Positions 57,919 through 64,000 of a DNA stretch of 64,000 nt are shown here, piece after piece. The position numbers were made by a program, and so were the translations under genes. How positions within the stretch are numbered: the first letter of the stretch is position 1; every line of letters begins with the position of its first letter. Source of the DNA: Candidatus Omnitrophota bacterium (GTDB taxonomy: Bacteria; Omnitrophota; Gorgyraeia; Zapsychrales; Zapsychraceae); contig JAIORP010000178.1 of NCBI GenBank assembly GCA_021108075.1, forward strand, positions 31,811 to 95,810, in the 5' to 3' direction. Below the pieces are notes generated by a model. That model was given only the letters and a program-made list of their open reading frames with translations, was not told where the DNA came from and made no database searches.

Positions 57919-59736
57919 GTGAAATATTTATCCATTTTTTATACACAATTAGTTTGCCTATCACACGTATCCTTATATCCTTCCTTTGCTCAACGGAGGA
58001 AGGGCCTGGTTCAAGGCCTTTGCTTTATTTTTTTTGGAGCAATCTTCCTGGGATTGATTTCCCCTTTACGTCATATTCAAGCACAAGAGATTTACGGTGG
58101 GAGTTTAGTGCTTTCAACGACGTCAGATCCTAAATCGTTTAATGATATCGTTGCCCAGGAAAGTTCGACAAGCGAGGTAACAGGATATATCTTTGAAGGC
58201 CTAACAACCGTCAGTCCTTTTGATCTAAAGGTTGAACCCCATTTAGCCGAAAGTTGGGAGGTCAGTGAGGATGGTCTGGAATGGCTGTTTTATTTGAGGA
58301 AAGATGTTTATTGGAATGATGGGGAGGCTTTTACGGCTGACGATGTTGTCTTTACTTTTAATCAATTGATTTATAATCCGGATATTCCAAATTCTTCGGC
58401 TGACATATTGATGGTTGACGGTGAAAGGTTTAAGGTGGAAAAGGTTGAGGATCATGTCGTGAAGGTCACTCTTCCAGACAGGTTTGCGCCTTTTTTGCGC
58501 AGCATGGGCCGGGCGATCCTGCCGGAACACAAATTGATTGAAGCGGTTGAAGCCGGAACATTTAATTCGACCTGGGGCATTGATGCCGATCTGGAGGATA
58601 TCGTCGGAACAGGTCCTTTTATGCTGTCAGAGTACCGTCCGGGGGAACGGATTGTCTTTAAACGTAATCCATTCTATTGGAAAAAAAACAGCCGGGGAGA
58701 GTCGATGCCATACCTCGATGGCATCATTACTTTGATTGTCCAAAGCCAGGACACGCAATTCTTAAAATTTCTGGACGGAGAATTGGATTCTTACGGATTA
58801 CGTGGCACGGATTTCCCGTTACTGAAACCTTTGGAGCAAAAGAATCAATTTACTATCTATAATGCTGGCCCGGCAACAAGCACGAATTTTATCTTTTTTA
58901 ACCAGAACAGGGATGCCAATCCCAAGACGAACAAGCCGTTTGTTGATCCCAAGAAATTGAAATGGTTCACGGACTTGAACTTTAGAAAAGCTGTGGCCCA
59001 TTCGATTGACAAGAAAAAGATCATTGAAATTTTGATGAATGACTTAGGTTATGAGCAGCATTCGGCGATGAGTCCCGCGAAAGGATTTTTTCATAAGGCG
59101 GATGTCAGGAAATATGAGTATAACCTCGTGAAGGCGAAATCGATTTTAACCGAGGCCGGCTATATCGACCGGGATGGCGATGGCATCATCGAAGATAGGG
59201 ATGGGCGGGATATAAAATTTAACTTATTTACCAATGCCGGGGCGACAGAACGGGTTCAAATCGCCGGGATTATTCGGCGCGACCTTGAATTTTTGGGGAT
59301 GAAGGTGAATTTCCAATTGTTGGAATTTAACACAGTGGTGAGTAAATTGACCAGTAACTATGATTGGGATGCGATATTGCTGGGGTTATCAGGCGGGGGC
59401 GCTGATCCGCATTTTGGTAACAATGTCTGGACGTCTAGCGGGCAATTGCACATGTGGCACCCCAAACAAAAAGAACCGGCGACAGATTGGGAAAAGCGGG
59501 TTGATGAGATTTTTTTACTGGGCGTCCAGGAGCTGGATGAAAACAAGCGCAAAGTTTTATATGACGAGTTTCAAATGATCATTTCCGAGCAGCTTCCTTT
59601 GATTTACACAGTTCTGAATAGCCGCATTTACGCTGTCCGGAATAAGTTTGGGAACTTAAAGCCGTCAAATCATGGTGGCGCGTTTCATAATATTGAAGAG
59701 ATTTATATTTATCCTGAATGGCGGATTGAACAGTAA
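57919..59736 (+). CDS. ABC transporter substrate-binding protein, family 5 (oligopeptide/dipeptide/nickel type)
   Basis: 605 aa; N-terminal hydrophobic signal-like segment; sits upstream of OppBCDF-like genes. GTG start as given; the true start may be further downstream. Confidence 0.75.
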   Translation: MKYLSIFYTQLVCLSHVSLYPSFAQRRKGLVQGLCFIFFGAIFLGLISPLRHIQAQEIYGGSLVLSTTSDPKSFNDIVAQESSTSEVTGYIFEGLTTVSPFDLKVEPHLAESWEVSEDGLEWLFYLRKDVYWNDGEAFTADDVVFTFNQLIYNPDIPNSSADILMVDGERFKVEKVEDHVVKVTLPDRFAPFLRSMGRAILPEHKLIEAVEAGTFNSTWGIDADLEDIVGTGPFMLSEYRPGERIVFKRNPFYWKKNSRGESMPYLDGIITLIVQSQDTQFLKFLDGELDSYGLRGTDFPLLKPLEQKNQFTIYNAGPATSTNFIFFNQNRDANPKTNKPFVDPKKLKWFTDLNFRKAVAHSIDKKKIIEILMNDLGYEQHSAMSPAKGFFHKADVRKYEYNLVKAKSILTEAGYIDRDGDGIIEDRDGRDIKFNLFTNAGATERVQIAGIIRRDLEFLGMKVNFQLLEFNTVVSKLTSNYDWDAILLGLSGGGADPHFGNNVWTSSGQLHMWHPKQKEPATDWEKRVDEIFLLGVQELDENKRKVLYDEFQMIISEQLPLIYTVLNSRIYAVRNKFGNLKPSNHGGAFHNIEEIYIYPEWRIEQ

Positions 59737-59808
59737 GAGCGCGCGGAATCAAGTTGAATAATTTTTTTTAAAGCCGTTTTAAGCGGCATCAATAAAAGAG
59801 ACATAAAT

Positions 59809-60777
59809 ATGTTATTGGTCTATATCCTAAAAAGAATTTTGATCGCGATACCGTTATTGATTGTCATGACGTTGTTAACCTTTATCTTAATTCAGAAGAC
59901 CCCAGGAAATTTTTTCGATACACTCAAGATGAACCCGCAAATAAGGCCGGAAACAATTCAGCGTTATGAGGACATGTATCGGCTGAATAAAGGTGTCGTA
60001 GATCAATACTGGCATTGGCTTAAAAATATGTTTAAGGGGGAATTTGGTTTCTCCTTTCATTACAATGTTCCCGTGGTTAAGGTCCTGGCCGGCCGTTTAT
60101 GGAATACGTTTATCCTGTCTTTTGTGAGCATGTTATTGACCTGGGGGATTGCTATTCCTCTGGGGATTATCGCGGCGGTCCACCGGAATAAAGCTATTGA
60201 TAAATTTTTATCTCTTCTCTGCTTTGTCTGTTTATCGGTTCCAAGCTTTCTGACAGCGATGCTGTTTTTATTTCTAGCCAGTATGATCGGGGGCATCCCT
60301 TTGGGCGGGATGCATAGCGCCCATTATGAACAGCTAAGCCCTATCGCTCAATTTATTGATCTACTCAGGCATTTGTTCATTCCAGCCGTTGTTATTTCTT
60401 TGGGATCGATTGCGTCCTTACAGCGCATTATGCGCGGGAATTTTTTGGATGTTTTACGCCAGCAATATATTTTAACCGCACGGGCCAAGGGATTGCCAGA
60501 GAATGTGGTTTATTACCGCCATGCCCTGCGCAATGCCATCAATCCATTGATTACGCTTTTTGGCTACAGTCTATCCAGCCTTTTGGGGGGAGCCGCTCTG
60601 GTTGAGATTATCTGTAATTGGCCGGGGTTAGGGTCCTTGATGCTGACGGCCGTCCGCGCGAAAGATGTTTATTTGGTTATGGCCAGTATGCTGATGGGTG
60701 GTGTGATGCTGCTCATCGGAAATTTAATATCGGATGTCTTGTTAGCTTGTTCTGACCCGAGAATAAAATATGAATAA
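59809..60777 (+). CDS. ABC transporter permease (OppB/DppB-like)
   Basis: Binding-protein-dependent transport inner-membrane signature region (ARAKGLPENVVYYRHALRNA); 322 aa. Confidence 0.8.
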   Translation: MLLVYILKRILIAIPLLIVMTLLTFILIQKTPGNFFDTLKMNPQIRPETIQRYEDMYRLNKGVVDQYWHWLKNMFKGEFGFSFHYNVPVVKVLAGRLWNTFILSFVSMLLTWGIAIPLGIIAAVHRNKAIDKFLSLLCFVCLSVPSFLTAMLFLFLASMIGGIPLGGMHSAHYEQLSPIAQFIDLLRHLFIPAVVISLGSIASLQRIMRGNFLDVLRQQYILTARAKGLPENVVYYRHALRNAINPLITLFGYSLSSLLGGAALVEIICNWPGLGSLMLTAVRAKDVYLVMASMLMGGVMLLIGNLISDVLLACSDPRIKYE

Positions 60778-60862
60778 TACCCGGGTCTGTCGATGCCCCA
60801 TCGGATAGATGTGTTCGCTGGACGAATGATTAGATTTAACATGCTTTTAATTTAAAAGAATT

Positions 60863-61960
60863 ATGAGTAAACAAAGAAAATCAAAAACTCAGTTTCAGTT
60901 AGCGTTAGAGAATTACAAGAAAAACGGTTTTGCCGTGCTTTGTCTGGTTATTCTTATCGTCCTGTACGGCGGAGCCATTTTTGCCGATTTCTTTGCGCCG
61001 TATACGTATTTAAGCGAGTCGCGGGATAATTCCTATGCCCCGCCTTCAAAGGTGCACTTTTTTGATGAAGACGGATTGATCACACGTCCATATGTGTATA
61101 ACCGCGTTTTTCATTTTGATGAATATAAACGCCGAATTTATGAGGAAGATTTGTCTCGGGCGTATCCCATTCGGTTATTCCATAAAGGGGAAGAGTATAA
61201 ATTTTTAGGATTTATTCCGATGGATACTCATTTGTTTGGCGTTGAGGAACCCGGCATGCTCTATTTATTCGGCGCGGACTCCCGGGGAAGAGATGTTTTT
61301 TCTCGATTACTGTATGGCGCCAGGATCTCATTATCGATCGGTTTAATCGGCGTGAGCATTTCTTTTAGTATCGGTTTATTAGTGGGCGGTATTGCGGGTT
61401 ATTACGGCGGAAAGATTGACAATGTTTTAATGCGGTTATGCGAGATGTTTATGATGGTTCCGGGTTTTTATCTGATGTTAGCCCTCAGGGCCGCTGTTCC
61501 GGATGATTTCAATTCATTTCAAGTTTATTTAGCGATCGTTGTCATCTTATCTTTTATCGGCTGGGCGAGTTTAGCAAGAATTATCCGCGGGATGAGCATT
61601 TCTCTTAGAGAGCGAGAGTATGTTTTAGCAGCCAAGGCAATGGGCATGACGGATATTCAGATCATTATTAAACATATTTTACCGCACACAGTTTCTTACT
61701 CTATTGTGGCGGTCATGCTTTCGATCCCGGGATATATTTTAGGGGAAGCCGCGTTGAGCTTATTAGGTTTGGGTATACAGGATCCTTTGGCCAGTTGGGG
61801 AAATATGTTGTCCGAAGCCATGGCCATTGCCCATATTCGTTTGCATCCATGGATCCTAATGCCAGGGGTGTTAATATTTTTAACGGTTATGAGTTTTAAT
61901 GTCATCGGTGATAACTTGCGTGACTGTTTAGACCCTTTGTTGAAAGGAGAGAAAAAGTAG
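60863..61960 (+). CDS. ABC transporter permease (OppC/DppC-like)
   Basis: Multi-TM with EAA-like loop (AAKAMGMTDIQIIIKHILPH); 365 aa. Confidence 0.8.
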   Translation: MSKQRKSKTQFQLALENYKKNGFAVLCLVILIVLYGGAIFADFFAPYTYLSESRDNSYAPPSKVHFFDEDGLITRPYVYNRVFHFDEYKRRIYEEDLSRAYPIRLFHKGEEYKFLGFIPMDTHLFGVEEPGMLYLFGADSRGRDVFSRLLYGARISLSIGLIGVSISFSIGLLVGGIAGYYGGKIDNVLMRLCEMFMMVPGFYLMLALRAAVPDDFNSFQVYLAIVVILSFIGWASLARIIRGMSISLREREYVLAAKAMGMTDIQIIIKHILPHTVSYSIVAVMLSIPGYILGEAALSLLGLGIQDPLASWGNMLSEAMAIAHIRLHPWILMPGVLIFLTVMSFNVIGDNLRDCLDPLLKGEKK

Positions 61961-61966
61961 ACCATT

Positions 61967-62749
61967 ATGTCGGAAATACTATTAGACATCCGGAATTTAT
62001 CCGTTAGCGTCAGAGAATCTCAATACAAAAAGAATATTCTGAGCAAGGTCAATCTGCAAGTTAAGGGGCAAAATATATTAGGATTGGTTGGAGGTTCAGG
62101 TAGCGGAAAAACAACCATTGGGTTATCGATCCTACGCTTGCTGGCGCCAGCGCTTAAAACAGAAGAAGGGGTGATCCTTTTTAAAGGCAATGATCTTTTA
62201 AAGTTGTCGCGAAAAGACATGTGCCCGATTCGTGGTAAAGAGATTAGCATGGTTTTTCAGGAACCCTTGTACGCCTTTAATCCTGTTTTTCGTGTTGGAG
62301 ACCAGATAGAAGAAGTTCTCATTTATCATGAACAAATGAAACGTAAAGAACGCAAAGGGTATGTCTTGAACTTATTGGAAAAAGTCGGTATTCCGGACCC
62401 TAAACGGGCAATGCAATCTTATTCCCATCAACTCAGCGGAGGATTGCGCCAGCGCGCTATGATCGCCCAGGCGATAGCTGCTAATCCCAATCTGATTATT
62501 GCGGATGAACCGACGAGCAATTTGGATGTCACCCGTCAGGCGCAAATTATGGATTTATTTCGACGATTGAAAACGCAATTAAAGTTATCCATTTTGTTAG
62601 TGACCCATGATTTAGGTATGGTTAAGCATTTAGCCGATGAAATCGCTGTGATTAAAGATGGAACCGTTGTTGAGCAGGGGGAAACCCGGCAGGTTTTTAA
62701 TCGGCCGTCACATTTGTATACGTGCAAACTGCTCGAAGCATTATCGTAA
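61967..62749 (+). CDS. ABC transporter ATP-binding protein (OppD/DppD-like)
   Basis: Walker A GGSGSGKTT, signature LSGGLRQRAMIA, Walker B IIADEPTS; 260 aa. Confidence 0.85.
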   Translation: MSEILLDIRNLSVSVRESQYKKNILSKVNLQVKGQNILGLVGGSGSGKTTIGLSILRLLAPALKTEEGVILFKGNDLLKLSRKDMCPIRGKEISMVFQEPLYAFNPVFRVGDQIEEVLIYHEQMKRKERKGYVLNLLEKVGIPDPKRAMQSYSHQLSGGLRQRAMIAQAIAANPNLIIADEPTSNLDVTRQAQIMDLFRRLKTQLKLSILLVTHDLGMVKHLADEIAVIKDGTVVEQGETRQVFNRPSHLYTCKLLEALS

Positions 62750-62778
62750 GGACTGTTATCAAACCCTCGAAAGACAAT

Positions 62779-63648
62779 ATGTTATTAGAACTGAAAAATA
62801 TTGAGAAAAAGTTTAAGACAAAGAAAAATTTGTTTGGCGGATCGGCCCATATTGTCAAAGCGGTGAATGATGTTGATTTGAGCCTGCGAAAAGGAGAGAA
62901 CCTGGGTTTGGTCGGTGAGTCCGGGTGTGGAAAAACGACATTGGCGCGAATTATTTTAAAATTGCTCCCGTTAGATCAAGGAAGCATCATTTATGACGGC
63001 ACGGATGTCACCAAGATGAAGAAGGAATTTTTGCCGTTCCGCAAAGACATTCAAATGGTTTTTCAGGACCCCTATAGCAGTTTGGATCCGCGCTACACAA
63101 TAAGCAATATTTTAAGGGAGCCGATGCTGATCAACAATAAAATGTATCCTGCGCGAAAAAGCCAGGATAAGCGCATTGAGGAGGTTTTGCCGACGGTCAA
63201 TTTGAGTGCGGGGATTTTAGATCGTTACCCGCATGAGTTTAGCGGTGGAGAAAGGCAGCGTATTGCTGTCGCGAGGGCTTTAATGCTTCATCCCAAACTC
63301 CTTATTTTGGATGAAGCGGTGTCTTCTCTGGACGTCTTAATCCAAGAAGAAATTATTAAGTTGCTGTTAAAGATTCAAGAAGAGGCAGAGGTCACTTACC
63401 TTTTCATCTCACATAATTTGCGTGTTGTAAAAAAATTATGCCATCGCATTGCGGTTATGTTTAAAGGAAAAGTTGTGGAGTGGGGGACGACGGAGCAGAT
63501 ATTGAATAATCCATTGCATTTATACACGCAGGAATTGCTCAGTTCTGCCTTAGAATACCGTTCCAGCTGTGAGAATAAAGTTATTGATATTAATCCCAAA
63601 GGCCGTTTGATTGATAAAGGCAACGGACATCTGGTTCTGGTTGGATAA
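62779..63648 (+). CDS. ABC transporter ATP-binding protein (OppF/DppF-like)
   Basis: Walker A GESGCGKTT, signature FSGGERQRIAVA, Walker B ILDEAVS. Start taken at the MLLELKNIEKKF ATG (62779) rather than the overlapping 62722 start. Confidence 0.8.
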   Translation: MLLELKNIEKKFKTKKNLFGGSAHIVKAVNDVDLSLRKGENLGLVGESGCGKTTLARIILKLLPLDQGSIIYDGTDVTKMKKEFLPFRKDIQMVFQDPYSSLDPRYTISNILREPMLINNKMYPARKSQDKRIEEVLPTVNLSAGILDRYPHEFSGGERQRIAVARALMLHPKLLILDEAVSSLDVLIQEEIIKLLLKIQEEAEVTYLFISHNLRVVKKLCHRIAVMFKGKVVEWGTTEQILNNPLHLYTQELLSSALEYRSSCENKVIDINPKGRLIDKGNGHLVLVG

Positions 63649-63669
63649 ATAGAAGGAAGGTGCCTGGAT

Positions 63670-64000
63670 ATGATTGAAAGATTGCTGCAGAAATGCGATT
63701 TAATCGTCACGATTTTGGGTGTTATCGTGTTGTTAGGACTCGTTGTCTTTTGCGCCAATATTGAGATAAAGGATTTTGATTTATGGCTTCATTTAACAAC
63801 CGGCCGGTATATTTTACAAAATTCTGATATTCCATTAAATGATGTCTTATCGCATACAATGGATGGTAAGTCTTGGAATAACCATGAATGGCTGTTTCAA
63901 ATCATTATTTACAGTGTGCATTATTTGAATGGTATCGAAGGATTGATTCATTTGCGTGTTTTTATTATTGTGTTGACATTTTTCCTTTTAATAAAAATTG
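63670..64000 (+). CDS. Hypothetical membrane protein, N-terminal part (continues beyond the window)
   Basis: ATG at 63670 after a GGAAGG RBS; open to the window end; hydrophobic stretches (ILGVIVLLGLVVF, IIVLTFFLLIKI). Confidence 0.3.
   Translation, partial: MIERLLQKCDLIVTILGVIVLLGLVVFCANIEIKDFDLWLHLTTGRYILQNSDIPLNDVLSHTMDGKSWNNHEWLFQIIIYSVHYLNGIEGLIHLRVFIIVLTFFLLIKI

Noticed and set aside
1-64000. CRISPR arrays, rRNA genes
   Set aside because: I scanned for regularly spaced short direct repeats and for rRNA-like conserved blocks. The only recurring repeats are the promoter/operator element, the GC hairpin motif and the single pair of 39-bp direct repeats, none with CRISPR-like periodic spacing.

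Overview
This is a low-GC bacterial window in which every supportable gene is on the + strand (about 60 CDS), many joined by 4-bp ATGA start/stop overlaps that suggest long translationally coupled operons. It has four parts.

(1) Positions 1-31934 hold a very large glycan / nonulosonic-acid (sialic-acid-like) biosynthesis cluster. It contains two NeuB-family synthases, a NeuC-type hydrolysing UDP-GlcNAc 2-epimerase, a DegT aminotransferase, a NeuD/PglD-like acetyltransferase and three or four CMP-sugar cytidylyltransferases. It also has a C. jejuni ptmE-ptmF-ptmB-ptmA-like block, a HisF/HisH/amidotransferase (WbuXYZ-like) acetamidino module, and a B12-radical SAM enzyme. Less expected are a CmoA-like carboxy-SAM synthase homolog and an FSA-aldolase + HpcH-aldolase + SIS-isomerase + HAD module.

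(2) Positions 31935-38538 are a visibly AT-richer defense island inserted into the glycan locus. It carries a C5 cytosine DNA methyltransferase, a putative PD-(D/E)XK restriction endonuclease and a Vsr very-short-patch repair endonuclease. It also encodes an 875-aa TIR-domain + P-loop NTPase (STAND-like) protein that is bracketed exactly by two perfect 39-bp direct repeats.

(3) Positions 38539-54847 hold more glycan assembly genes: GT2, GT4 and GT26 glycosyltransferases, an initiating polyprenyl-phosphate sugar transferase, two Wzy_C/O-antigen-ligase-like membrane proteins, a radical SAM/SPASM protein and methyltransferases. This block is interrupted by a decayed IS66-family transposase remnant.

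(4) Positions 55384-64000 are housekeeping: pgk, tpiA, secG and an Opp/Dpp-type peptide ABC transporter.

A roughly 100-bp intergenic element recurs at least 5-6 times in front of operons. It has imperfect terminal inverted repeats, an internal dyad (TTCTCG-N9-CGAGAA) and a sigma70-like TTGGTC-N18-TGgTATAAT promoter. A second short GC-rich hairpin motif marks the boundaries of the inserted DNA. No rRNA, tRNA or CRISPR array was recognised.
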